Positions 40,801 through 53,689 of a stretch of 64,000 nt of DNA are shown in pieces; the first letter of the stretch is position 1, and each line of letters opens with the position of its first letter. The position numbers and the translations under genes are program-made. The notes beneath the pieces are model-generated. The model had not been told where the DNA came from and ran no database searches. It saw only the letters and a program-made list of their open reading frames with translations. The DNA comes from Octopus sinensis (taxonomy: Eukaryota): positions 1,426,001-1,490,000 of the forward strand of contig NC_043015.1 of assembly GCF_006345805.1 (NCBI RefSeq). Reading direction: 5' to 3'.

Positions 40801-41221
40801 ACACGTAGAAGGAGAATTATGAGGAGAATCAGGAAAAGGATAACGAAGAATTCGATGCTAATAACCGTGGTCGTGTTGATATTAGCGGTGATGGCGAATT
40901 GATCCTGACGATAAAAAGAGGGAAGAGCATCATCACATTAAGCAAACGTTTGCACAACCTCTCCAACAACAACGAACCACTGCCACCACCATCACCATCA
41001 TCAATTATCGTCGTCGTCCTCGTTCTCATTTTCATCATCATCAACATCATCGTCTTTAATTTAATTATCATCATGAGAAGGCCAACGGAGAAAAGGAATG
41101 GTATGAAGGAAAATAATATAGTAATCTATACATATCACGAATATGTATGCAATATATATATACATGAATATATATATATACATGTATATATATTATATAT
41201 ATATGAATATATATCTATATA

Positions 41222-41288
<67 letters not shown>

Positions 41289-41301
41289 ATATATATATAT
41301 A

Positions 41302-41697
41302 CTAGCAGTATTGCCGGCGTTGCTCGGGATTGTAAGGGAAATAACTATATAAGCATTTTTAGAGATGTAAAGTATAATAGCCATCTCAATATGGCTAACC
41401 GCAAAGGGGGGGGGGCGTTACTGTAGCTTTTTACGTTCTGAGATTTAATAATAATTTTTAGAGAGTTACTTCCCTTATATATGCCAAAAACGCATTAAAA
41501 TGGGAAAAATTGATGGTAATTTTTCTTTTAAATCGTAGACTCATCGTAGCCGCGCGCTAATAACCAGAAGGGGTCGATATGAATCACGACTATAAGATAC
41601 CCGGTTTTGGTTAAACTGCACCGCAAAATGTGGGAGTAGCTTGGAATCTAAATCGTAGGAGACAGACAGCACACAACCTTACTTTTATATATAAAGA
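41302..41697 (-). mobile_element. Non-autonomous Helitron, same family as 27800-28298
   Basis: The minus strand starts A|TCTTTATATATAAAA and ends CCCGAGCAACGCCGG..CTAG|T. It shares the internal TACTCCCACATTTTGCGGTGCAGTTTAACCAAA block. Confidence 0.85.
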
Positions 41698-41729
41698 TAT
41701 ATGTGTGGTGTATATATAGATATGTATGT

Positions 41730-41798
<69 letters not shown>

Positions 41799-41990
41799 TA
41801 TAAATATATATATGCATACATATATATACACTTTATTAGAAAATAGGGGTAGCTTATCCTGTTCGGGCTATTTTATTAGCATTATCCTGTATTTGAGAAT
41901 TTAAAATCATTTCTTTAACTTTCTAAGACATCTCAACGCTTCTAAAGCAGACTTCGTTTGTTTGTTTACGTTCATCGTAATTTGAATTTA

Positions 41991-42036
<46 letters not shown>

Positions 42037-42131
42037 CCACACACATATCGATAAACTTCAAAAACGTTCCAATGATTTGTGAATAACCATCACCAACAAT
42101 ACTGCTACAACAACAACAACTACTACTACTA

Positions 42132-42166
<35 letters not shown>

Positions 42167-42619
42167 ATACTACTACTACTGCTAATATTACTACTGCTAC
42201 TGCCAGTCCTACTGCTGTTGCTACAGCTACAAGTAGAACTATAGTGCTTCATGTAATCAAAGCATCTTATCCAATATTACAGATAATTGTTTCAGCATTA
42301 TCTTATGCATGAAAGATCTTTACATTTGTGTGTTACGAAATCGAAAACTAACTAACTAGCATTGGTTGTCAAGCAATCGTGGAGGGACAAATAAAGACAC
42401 ACAAACACACACACATACACACATATACATATGTAGCTATAAACATTTCATGAGGTTTTAAATACCACCAGAAAATTGTCAACCACAATGGTGTTACTTG
42501 GTCGGCTTTTAAGAAGGTGCTCAGTTGTGCATGGCATTCAACACATGTTTTGATTCATGAACTCTATCTGGTACCGGAGCCTTCCAGCCACCCATATTTT
42601 TGCTGATTTCCTTCACTTC

Positions 42620-43000
42620 CCTCACTGAAATGAAAGGCGAAGGCGACCTGGGCGGAATCTGAACTCAGAACGTAAAGACAGACGAAAGAGCGCTAAGTAT
42701 TTCGCCCTGCGTGTTAACGTTTCTGTCAGCTCACTGCTTTTATAACCAAGTAATACTACTAATCAATAAAGATAACAATAATAATATGCAGGGACTCTCA
42801 TGGCTTCTGATCTTACCTGATTGGGAATGTTATCATGTACCTTTATGTGCTTCTTTCTGTTTCCATCTATCAAATTCACTCACAAGGCTTCGGTCAACCC
42901 GAGGCTGTAGTAGAAGACACTTGCCCAAAGTGCCACGTGATGGGACTGAACCCTGAACTATGTGGTTGGTAAGCAAGCTACTTACCGCACATCCACTCCT
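42620..43000 (-). mobile_element. Adjacent partial SINE A (~42620-42738) and SINE D head (~42850-43000)
   Basis: Reverse-complement matches to the family heads described above. Confidence 0.75.
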
Positions 43001-43330
43001 ATATATACATATGTATAACAGGATACCACACGGTTTCCGTCCATCAAATGAAATCACAACACAGTGACCGTCCCGAGGGCTTTAACCGATAACACTAGTG
43101 GAAAGCTTCATGCAGAGAGATTGATCCAGATATAACGTAGATACAAATCGAGTTTACAATTCACTGAGCCATGATTGCACCTATTGTTGCATATGTCTAT
43201 GTATACGTATTTACATCACATAATCTCATACATTTAAATTGATTCCACACATATATATATATAACGCGAGTATGTAAATGCATATATATATTCACGCACA
43301 CACGCACACACGCACACACGCAACACACGC

Positions 43331-43372
<42 letters not shown>

Positions 43373-44086
43373 AATATATAAGAATGAATGTTTTTATATA
43401 TTAATGAACGTGAAATACAGGAAGGGACGAACACGGAACACAGACAAATCATTCGAAGCCTTCATCTTCAGTCAGACACCGAATCATCATAGCAAATTTC
43501 GGCTGTTCCATTCTGATATTTGCTCCAACTCGGCCAGCCCCAAGAAAAAAAACTAAGCTGTAAGCATTAGATTTCTTGGTAGTAGAAGACAGGAATGTGA
43601 ACGCACAAGACGGATGTGAATACAAGAGACGAAAACGAAATTGAAAACAGTAAGAATAAACAAAATATATATAACGGTGGTTGTCATACGACTTTAGACC
43701 AAATGAGACAAAACAACAACAACATAGCAGGCTGGCGTAGAAATAATTACCGTTTCGGTAGCGGGGACACATGTTGGTCAAGATACGATGGCCAACAGAA
43801 TGGTTTAAGAATCAGCAGGTCAGGAGAGAGAGAGAGAGAGAGAGACAGAGAGAGAGGGGGAATCAAAGAGGGTGGAAGGCAGGGGACAGAATCAGTGACC
43901 AGAGAAAAGGAGAAAGAGAGGATTAAGGAGGATGGGAGGAAGAGGGGAAGAGGGATGGGAGGAAGAGAGGGGAAGAATCGGAGGTATATATCCATTTATG
44001 TATGTATCTAGTGTATATATATAATATATATATATATACAATACATATAGTATACATATGTAAATGTATATATATGTTTATATATG

Positions 44087-44133
<47 letters not shown>

Positions 44134-44781
44134 TTATATGTATATATATATACATATATATATGTATATATACAAATAATACATACATATATATATGGAA
44201 AGAGAGGGAGAGAGATAATATGTATGTTTAGATATATATGTACGTATTTATATCGGGTATATATTTGCTTGTGTATATATATATATATATATATATAGAT
44301 ATATATATATTATATCTATACATTATATAGTTATATACGCATACTTTTAAATTTCTTAACATTTCTTGTTACATACAAAAACCAGCAACAATGACAACAA
44401 AAACTCTATCTAAAAAACACATGTGAAGAATTTTTATTATATACCATCGTAGACGTCCAAGGGAATACTGAATATTCTTTGAATCGTCAGCTAATAAAGT
44501 CTAAAATTCCATATGGTATAGTTTGTTTGTATCCAGAATGCACTTGAAAAATGCCAGACCATCTTAAAGAGCAATTTCCTATAGTCCCAGACTTTTCTAT
44601 CTTGGATCTTACTAGCTACAACTGATATAGCCCGCTCAACTCCATTACACCAAGGTAAAAAAATCGAAATTCTTTCAGCTATAAAATGCTTCAACAAATT
44701 TCAATATGTTTTATATGTTCAAATGAAAATAAACACATACGTGTGTGCGCACATGTATATGTGAGTGTGTGTATGTATATA

Positions 44782-44822
<41 letters not shown>

Positions 44823-44970
44823 AGAGACTGATGTAGCAATAGATATATAAATATATAAATATATGTTGTGTGTGCGTGTGCGAGCGTGCGTGTGCTTATA
44901 TTTGTATCTACAGGTTGGCAGAGTGATAAATTTATATATACATACGTTCATGCATACGTTGTGATAAATA

Positions 44971-45018
<48 letters not shown>

Positions 45019-45579
45019 TATATATATATATATTATAATATACATATAGATGTACACCACATACATACAAACATATATACATATATATATATATGTATAC
45101 ATATATATGTATATATATGTGTGTGTATGTGTGTGGCGAATACATATATATGTTTATTTGTGTAGGTTTACAATTATATATTTTAAAGAAATTTTAAAGA
45201 GAGCAAATGAGAATCTTGATTACCGTGTTTAATTTATGTGTTACACTATTGTGTCCAATTTTAAAGATTCACAATATTTAAACTTCTGTTCAAAATTATG
45301 AAATACGGATTTTCCGACAACCAAATTATGATTTTATGAAAGCAGATAGTGAAAGAGCGATGGGCAACGTTTCACAGGAAAGTACAAAGTATCAGAAAAA
45401 TATGTTGAAATACAGAAGGAAACCCCGAAACGATCAAAGTCAAAATTGATGATGGTGGATCTTCACGCCAGAGTGAAAACCGAAGCGTTTTGTAGTTTCC
45501 TTTATCGATTCACGCACTTCTACTCTTAAAGAGACAGAACTGTATTCCTAAAGAAAATTTGTGAGATGCTTTACTTAAT

Positions 45580-45915
45580 CTAGGCGCTGTGGTGGCTTTA
45601 TAGTAACAAGCTTGGGACCTTAGACATGCGTCTTCTACTAGAGCTTTGGGCGACTGAAGCCTTGTGAGTGGATTTGGTAGAGGGAAACTGAAAGAATCCC
45701 GTCATATGTGTGTGTATGTGTGTCTATGTGTGTGTCTTTGTGTCTGTGCTTGTCACCATGCCACAGCTTGATAATCAGTGTTGGTGTGTTTGCAACCCCT
45801 TAAATTAGCAGCTCGGCAAAAAAAAACCGACAGAATAAGTAACAGTGTTGATAAAGTAGTACTGGGATCGATTCATTCGACCAAAAATTCTGATGGCTGA
45901 AACGATTAAAAGATA
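45580..45915 (+). mobile_element. SINE family D, diverged
   Basis: GCCTTGTGAGTGGATTTGGTAGAGGGAAACTGAAAGAATCCCGTC, (TG)n and tail remnants. Confidence 0.75.
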
Positions 45916-47164
45916 ACAGATAATCTGCAGTAAATAAGGACTTTTGAATTGCATCTGCAGAACAGTCACTATTTCGGGGAACCTTGGAAGCATAGACTGC
46001 GATAAGAGATCTCAAATTTATGATTTCTGTGATATATTATCGATTGTGTTCATTCTAACATCATCCTTTGCCTCAGTGATTCGCAGCCAACGGAGGGGCC
46101 ACTGCTTGGAGCCCGAAGTTCTAAAACCGGCAGCCAAACCTTAATCAGATATGATGTTACGGTGTTTCAAAAGACAGCTAAGTGCACATTAGACAGTGTA
46201 GTCCTAATTATATTGGGTTGGTAAAACAAAAATGGAAACACAGTGACGAGAGGATGGCCACATTTTGAATGCTCTTTTCATTAGATGTCTGCTTGATCAC
46301 AGCTGATTAGGGAAGCAAGCAGCGACAGTTATAACAACAACAACAACGAAAATAATAACAAGAACAACAACAACGACCAGAATTACAACACCAATGATTC
46401 ATAACAACGCCGCTGTAATATATACTGTATTTTTTGTATTTGTCTCATAAATGATAGAATCGAAATTAAGAGATATGAGAAGAAAATGAGATACCAGTAT
46501 CTGATTGTGTCTTTGGTACCATTGAAACTCTTCTAACAGTCTCTTAAGGCATCGGAAATTACAGACAAGACATCAATGCGCTAGTCAAGACAATTATTTA
46601 TTCTCCTTCGTGTTATCTACTATTCCTGAGGAAGACAGAGCTGGAGGAGTCGATATAGATGAGTGGGTTTTAATCGAAGAATTTTCAGTTCGTATAGCTA
46701 ACGAAATTATGAAACTTATTAGATTTGCCATCTATGTGCCGTAAAATCTCGATACCAGAACAGCAACTCCCTTCACGTACATGTAGATAATATGTACCAA
46801 AAATATACACTTCTGACTGGCGTAACCTTATGCAAAAACATCTAATTAAGCATTTTATAATTTCAATAGTTAAAAACAAGAACGACTTGTATGCTTGATA
46901 AAATAATATAATGAAGTTTTGATTTATTGAAGGTTGCATTTCGGAGAAACCACCAATTGGAATAGAGCTAAGGGTTGAAGAGAAATGCAGAAGAGGGACT
47001 GGTGAATACAGAGTAAAGGAAACAAATATCGTTTATATGAACAGGTTATAAACCATTAATGGTTGAATATTTGCCATTCAGGAGTATGACATATATTAGG
47101 AAGTTGTTGGAAAGACTTATATATCTAGCAGCAACCATTATAATTGCCCATTGGACACTTTGCA

Positions 47165-47317
47165 ACAAGAAAGGATGAAAAGCAAAGTCGAATTTCGTTG
47201 AATTCGAACTCAGAACACGAGGACGGAAGAAATTCCGCTAAGCATTTCTTCCAGCTTCGTTAACGATTATGCCACCTTGTTCTCTTAGTAGTAGTAGAAG
47301 TAGTAAAAGTAGTAGTG

Positions 47318-47358
<41 letters not shown>

Positions 47359-47390
47359 TGCAGCAGCAGAAGCAGTAGTAGTAGTAGTAA

Positions 47391-47487
<97 letters not shown>

Positions 47488-47497
47488 AGTAGTAGTA

Positions 47498-47528
<31 letters not shown>
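47165..47528. repeat. Partial SINE A (minus, ~47165-47276) followed by long (TAG)n microsatellite
   Basis: GAAAGGATGAAAAGCAAAGTCGA..GAACTCAGAAC, then a tandem TAG run at ~47286-47528. Confidence 0.85.
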
Positions 47529-47529
<1 letters not shown>

Positions 47530-47909
47530 TATGATGATGATGATGATGATGAAAATAGTAATAACAGCAACAACATCAACAACAGCGAAACCGAAAAGCG
47601 ATGTCTGCATTGCTTTAAGAAAAATGCTTTCACATATTTTATGAATTTTCTCTTTTATTCTGCATTTATGCACAGACTATGAAAATTGTCCCCAAAAGAA
47701 AACTCCGATGAATAACAAATATCATTGGGTGGCAAATTGAATTATTTTTTTCCCTTATTCTTTTCCCTGATTCCATGTCGTCAATTATTACACATACATC
47801 TGTACTGAGACATGCAGATGAATTACAACCAAAACATGCATCCATGCAAACATGCATACATACGTGTATGTATATATATATATATACAAACATACATATA
47901 CATATACAT

Positions 47910-48105
47910 GGGAAAATTTACGAAAATAAACAAAAGACGAAGGCAGGTGGAGTACAAAACAAACAAATGTATTAGTATAGCGCTCAGGAATAGAAAAAGT
48001 CTCTTACGTTTCGAGCCTACGCTCTTCGACAGAAAGATACACAGAAAAAAACAAGGAGAGAAAAAATGCGTGTAGGAGCTAACGATCTATCATGGCAACC
48101 TGACT
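47910..48105 (-). mobile_element. Short repeat family G (Penelope pLTR/retrozyme-like) carrying a hammerhead-like motif
   Basis: Homologous to 59880-60060, sharing TCTGTCGAWGAGCGTAGG(A)CTCGAAACGT..GAGC..ACT.ATAC..CACCTG..TCGT. The Penelope assignment is inference. Confidence 0.55.
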
Positions 48106-48987
48106 TCGGGCAGTGGTCAGACACAAGAGGGACAGACACATGGATAAATATATACCCACACATGTATATGTGTATATATTTATACATATATACATGACAC
48201 ATGTATTCACATATATACATACTTATACATGCATATATATGTATATATATACATATATATATATATATGTATATATATACATATATATACACTCACACAC
48301 ACAAGTGCAGACAATGACGGTCATTCGCTCACACACACACAGACGCATATAGAGTCTTACACGTACATCTATAATCGTTTGATACTAAATCAAGGTGACG
48401 TGACTAAGATAACCAAATAAATACAAAAACATATTAAACCATGTACAAAACCAAATATATGCACTCACAGATTCTTACATACACACACTCACTCACGAAC
48501 GCAGGCAATATCTCACACAAACAAACACGACCACACACATCAACGTTTATATAATATGTGTGTCTAGATGATGCACAAGAGCGATAGCGTGCAATAAGCA
48601 ATCAGAAGTTACCGCTTGCGTCATTGCAGTATTTTGCAACTCTGCAGGTGAGAAATGTTCATTAGTTCGTTGATCAAGGTAAAGACGACGGCAGTAAAAT
48701 TTACTTAAAGAACCTCCAGCACCACTCGAGTAGTAGTGTCATCAGCAACAGAAGTATCATTATTGTTATATTATTATTATTATTATTTTTTATTATTATT
48801 ATTATTATTAATATTATTATTATTATTATATTATTATTATTACTATTATTATTATTATTTTCTATTATTATTATCATTATTATTTTATTATTATTATTAT
48901 ATTATTATTATTATTATCATTATTATTATTATTATCATCATCATTATTATTATCATTATTATTATTATATTCAGTATTTTTATTTTT

Positions 48988-49795
48988 ATAGCGTGCTTTC
49001 ACTTCACTACCGAGCACAGCTCTGTGTGCCTTGGCTATGTGCTGTGATTTGTTGTGATGCTCTGATGTTATTGTATGGAAAGTGTTCTGCGTAGGATGTG
49101 TGCAGTGCCTAGTAGTGCAATTTTCTGTATGTTATATGTGTTTGTAAGTCCTGGTGTTTTTGTTATGTATTTGTCTGAATATTTTTTTATCATGCCTAAT
49201 GCCCTACTATGATGGAATTGTTTCTGTTTTCAGATTCCACATCTAGTTACCTCTATTTCCAGGTCTTTGTATTTGAGAGTTTCACCATTTCTTTTAGAGA
49301 CACGTTGTCATCTGCCGGTATTGATACATCAATTAGAAAGCATTTTTTTTCTTCATGATCTCTGACAACTATATGTGGTTGTTGGCCTTAATTTCTCTAT
49401 CTGTATGTATCGGCATATCCCAGAGTATGGTTGCTTTCTCTTTTTCTGTGAGCTTTTCTGGTGTGTGCTATACCACCATCTTTTTTCTGTTGTTATTCCA
49501 TAATGTTGGCATAGCTTCCAATGTATGTAGGTTCCAACTCTGTCATGTGTCTGTGAATATATTCCTCTTAGCCAGGACTGGGCAGCTAGAGATAATATGA
49601 TTTATTGTTTCTTGTCCATCTCCACATATTCTGCAGTTACTTGTAATATTTCTTTTCATTACAGGGTTTTGGTAATTCTGGTGGGGAGGCTTTGGTCTTG
49701 TGCTGCAATTAAAAATCCTCTGTTTCTGCTTTGAGTCCTGAGCTTCTCAACCATTGCTGGATTTTTCTTTGTCTATTTCTTTTGCGTTTAGTTAG
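48988..49795 (-). mobile_element. 5'-truncated R4/Dong-clade LINE inserted in a (TAA)n microsatellite
   Basis: The minus strand reads QQWLRSSGLKAETEGFLIAAQDQSLPTR..CRICGDGQETINHIISSCPVLA..HDRVGTYIHWKLC..ANNHI..LIDVSIP, with frameshifts. (TTA)n lies on both sides (~48770-48970 and ~49796-49918). Confidence 0.9.
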
Positions 49796-49859
49796 TTATT
49801 ATTATTATTATTATTATTATCATTATTATTATACTTTTATTATAAATTATATATTATTC

Positions 49860-49918
<59 letters not shown>

Positions 49919-49919
<1 letters not shown>

Positions 49920-50085
49920 GGCGGCGAGCTCACAGAATTGTTAGCAGGCCGGTCAACATGCTCAGTAGCATTTTGCACGTCATTACGTTCTGAGTTCAAA
50001 TTCCGCTGTGGTCGACTTTGCCTTTCATCCCTGCGGGGTCAATGAAATAATTACCAGTTGAGCATTGGGGTCGATGTAATTGTCT
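49919..50085 (+). mobile_element. SINE family A
   Basis: AGGCGGCGAGCTCACAGAATTGTTAGC..GCCTTTCATCCCTGCGGGGTCAAT. Confidence 0.83.
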
Positions 50086-50087
50086 AT

Positions 50088-50700
50088 AGTCTTCTTTTTA
50101 TCATTCCTAGAGATCTTCCAATCACTGATACCGTAGTCGCCTTGAGATGCCACAATTTTCAATTTCTATTACCATGTCTTTATATTTACTCATCTTGTCA
50201 AATTCTTTCGCCGCTATATTGTGATCGCAAGGAATACTTATGTCAATTAATAAACACACTTTTTGTCTGATCTTTTATAGTAATATCCAGTTTATAATAA
50301 TATAAGCTGTTATAGTTTTGTCGGCATGTACGGGTAAGTCCCAGGGAATCGACACATTTTCTTCCTCAGTCACTGCTTCAGGATTGTGTTTATACCATTT
50401 GTCAGCGGTTTTGATCTTATATATTCCCGATATATTGTCCAATGTAAATACTGGCCGACTCTGTCATGTCTTGCTTATATTCTGCAGGTGCTAAGACTCT
50501 ACACCCTGAGATTAGGTTGTCTATTGTTTCAATCTCATTGTTACAGAATCGGCATTTTGGGTCAGCTCCATTTTTTATCACATTGGCTTGGTAGTTCCGG
50601 GTTAATAAGCTTTGGTTTTGAGCAGATAATATGAAACCTTCACTCTCTGCTTTTAGCTATGCGCTTCGTAACCATTGATGCATGTGTTTCTGGTCTACTA
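50088..50700 (-). mobile_element. Second, more divergent R4/Dong-type LINE fragment (different subfamily)
   Basis: The minus strand reads CLLIDISIPCDHNIAAKEFDKMSKYKDMVIEIE..WHLKATTVSVIGRSLGMIKR. The upstream part shows remnants of RHDRV and W..Y..KP. Confidence 0.8.
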
Positions 50701-50915
50701 GAGGCAACGTGCGGGCAGATATCGTTAGCACTGCAGACAAAATGTTTAATGGAATTTCGTCCATCCTTACATTAAGAGTAATTGTCGTGTCGACTATGCC
50801 AATAATCCTTTCATGGTCGATGAAATAAGTACTAGTTACGCATTGTGGTCGATGTAAATGTAATTGACATAGCCCCCTCCCTCAAAATTCCAGGCCTTGT
50901 GCCTGTAGGAGAAAG
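50701..50915 (+). mobile_element. SINE family A, diverged
   Basis: ATCGTTAGCAC..TCCTTTCATGGTCGATGAAATAAGTAC..CCCCTCCCTCAAAATTCCAGGCCTTGTGCC. Confidence 0.7.
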
Positions 50916-51579
50916 GATTTTTTCTTTTTAATTTTTTTTACATTTTTTCTTAATTAGATTTATGAATTAAAAGGAATTATAACAAACCACAAATACCAAA
51001 AATTTCAGATTATTCGTACCACCCCCGTTGTGTCATTGTCACTATCACTAGCGTGCAATTTTCAGTTCTAAATTGATTCTCATAATCATCGGCATCCTCT
51101 TCTCTCACTTCTTTGAAACCATCATCATCATCGTCATCGTCATTAACATTATCATCATTATCACTACCGTAATCCCCACCGTCATTCTTCACCTCCCCCT
51201 CCTGATCATCATGATCATATTAATCACCATCATAACTATCATCATTATCATAGTCATCTTCATTGAGATTCTCTTCATTTCAATTATTCCACAGTTTTCA
51301 GTTAGCGTGATGTAAAAAAATTGGGAAAATGCAGGCTGATATCTTTTTTTTTTTTTTTAGTTGATATTCCCAACATTACCCTGTCGCATGAAACCTTTTT
51401 AGATATTTGAAGATTTTTTCCCTCCTTTTCACCTTTAGTTTTCACTTTAAAAGAACCTCAATGTAAGACTAGCATAAATACACAGACATCATTCAAACGC
51501 ACACACAAACACATATACACACACGTGCGCACAACTACGGTCATATAGAGCTACAGAAAGAAAAAGAAAGAGAAATACT

Positions 51580-51661
51580 TGATAGATAGATAGGTAGATA
51601 GATAGATAGGTAGATAGATAGATAGATATAGATAGATAGATAGATAGATAGATAGAGAGAG

Positions 51662-51721
<60 letters not shown>

Positions 51722-51857
51722 AGATAGATTAGATAGATAGATAGATAGATAGATAGATGATAGATAGATGATAGAGAGATAGATAGATAGAAGATAGATA
51801 GATAGATAGAGATAGATAGATTGATAGATAGATAAAGATAGATAGATAGATAGAGAT

Positions 51858-51901
<44 letters not shown>

Positions 51902-51931
51902 TAATAGATAGATTGAGATAGATAGATAGAT

Positions 51932-51962
<31 letters not shown>

Positions 51963-51963
51963 T

Positions 51964-52010
<47 letters not shown>

Positions 52011-52011
52011 T

Positions 52012-52088
<77 letters not shown>

Positions 52089-52090
52089 GC
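51580..52090. repeat. ~500-bp (GATA)n microsatellite
   Basis: Directly visible. Confidence 0.97.
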
Positions 52091-52481
52091 AGGCAACTAG
52101 GCAAACACAGAAAGGAAAAGTGTGAGAGAAATTTGGAGAGACAGGGGGATGTGTATACGGCTAGACAGCTAGGCAGTTCAATCGATAAATATTCAAATAT
52201 GTTGGTAGAAAAATATTTTATCTGAATAGTTTTGCATAAATAATATCGTAAAATGTTTTCTCCGCTTTAAAAAATATCTAATGCCGTACATATTCGCATT
52301 TAAAGCTTTCCGTATCATTTATGCCTTAATAATTTATGGAATGCTATATATACAGCATTGCAGCACACATATATATATGCAAATCTATCTATCTGTCTAT
52401 CTATCAATCTGTCTGTCTATCTATCTATATATCTATGTATCCATATCTTTATCTCTAGGTGCGTGTGTGCATGCTTTTATA

Positions 52482-52557
<76 letters not shown>

Positions 52558-53150
52558 TGTGTTGTGTGAGTGTGGTGTGTGTGTGTTTATAGATTCATAA
52601 ATACCTATTTTTTGCATACTACACTTTTTCTATAAATTTGAAATACATACATATCTAAATGAGTATGTAAGTGTGTGTGTATGTGTGTGTGTGATCGTGT
52701 GTGTGTTTGTTTGTATGTGTATCTATGCACGTGCGTATCTATGTTTTTGATGAAGTTTTCCTACCTATATAAAAAAAAAAACATATTGATAGAAAGTTAA
52801 ATTTTGAAACACGTTATAAAAATACATGACAAACAGAATCAAAACATTATTGCATAAAAACCAACCACTACAAATATAGTCTCACGGGAAAAGCAAAAGA
52901 ATCACACAGGTTCGTAAATAGCGAACTGACAACAATATTAGGCAAACACCATTGTTTATCAGATCTTACTGATGGTGTTCCAGGATCGGTTGATAAGTGG
53001 TAAATGTCTTTCCGGCAATCACTTCAGTTGTTTCTGGACATTTGGATTCGATGCATTGGCAAAACTAGAAAATTTCCAGTGTGATCAAGGCGCATGTGCC
53101 TCGGGACGAACAAAGTTTTGTGAGTAGATTTAGTAAAGAGAAACTGTGTG

Positions 53151-53615
53151 TAAGGCGGCGAGCTGGTAGAACTGTTAGCACGCCGGCCGATATGCTTGGC
53201 GGTGTTTCGTCTGCCGTTATGTTCTGAGTTCAAATTCCGCCTAGGTCGACTTTACCTTTCATCCTCTGGGGGTTGATTAAATGAGTACCAGTTACGCACC
53301 AGTGTCGATGTAATCGACTTAATCCGTTTGTCTGTCTTTGTCTGTCTTCTCTGTGTTTAGCCCCTTGTGGGTAGTAAAGAAATAGGTATTTCGTTTAGCC
53401 ACTTGTGGGCAATAAAGAATTGAGAAACTGTGTGTCTGTTTGTGCTTGTGTCTCTTTGGACCCCATAACCTCTGAACAACTGGTGTTGGTGTGTTTACCT
53501 CCCTGTAACTTGGCGGTACGTAATAATTCATTGATAGATTTAGTATCAGGCATAAAATAAAAATAAGTACTGGGGTGGATTCATTCGACTAAGATCGTAG
53601 TCTGATGAATGAAAC
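53151..53615 (+). mobile_element. SINE A (~53151-53410) nested in a SINE D remnant (~53090-53150 and ~53420-53615)
   Basis: A family A head and body, flanked by family D pieces (TTGTGAGTAGATTTAGTAAAGAGAAACTG before; GGTGTTGGTGTGTTTAC..AATAAGTACTGGGGT after). Confidence 0.75.
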
Positions 53616-53668
53616 AATTTAAAACTAATATTTCATAAGTCTGACTTATGAAATATTAGTTTTAAATT
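53616..53668. repeat. Perfect 26-bp inverted repeat, 1-nt spacer
   Basis: AATTTAAAACTAATATTTCATAAGTC-T-GACTTATGAAATATTAGTTTTAAATT. Confidence 0.95.
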
Positions 53669-53689
53669 TTAGCTCAATGCCAGTAAGTT

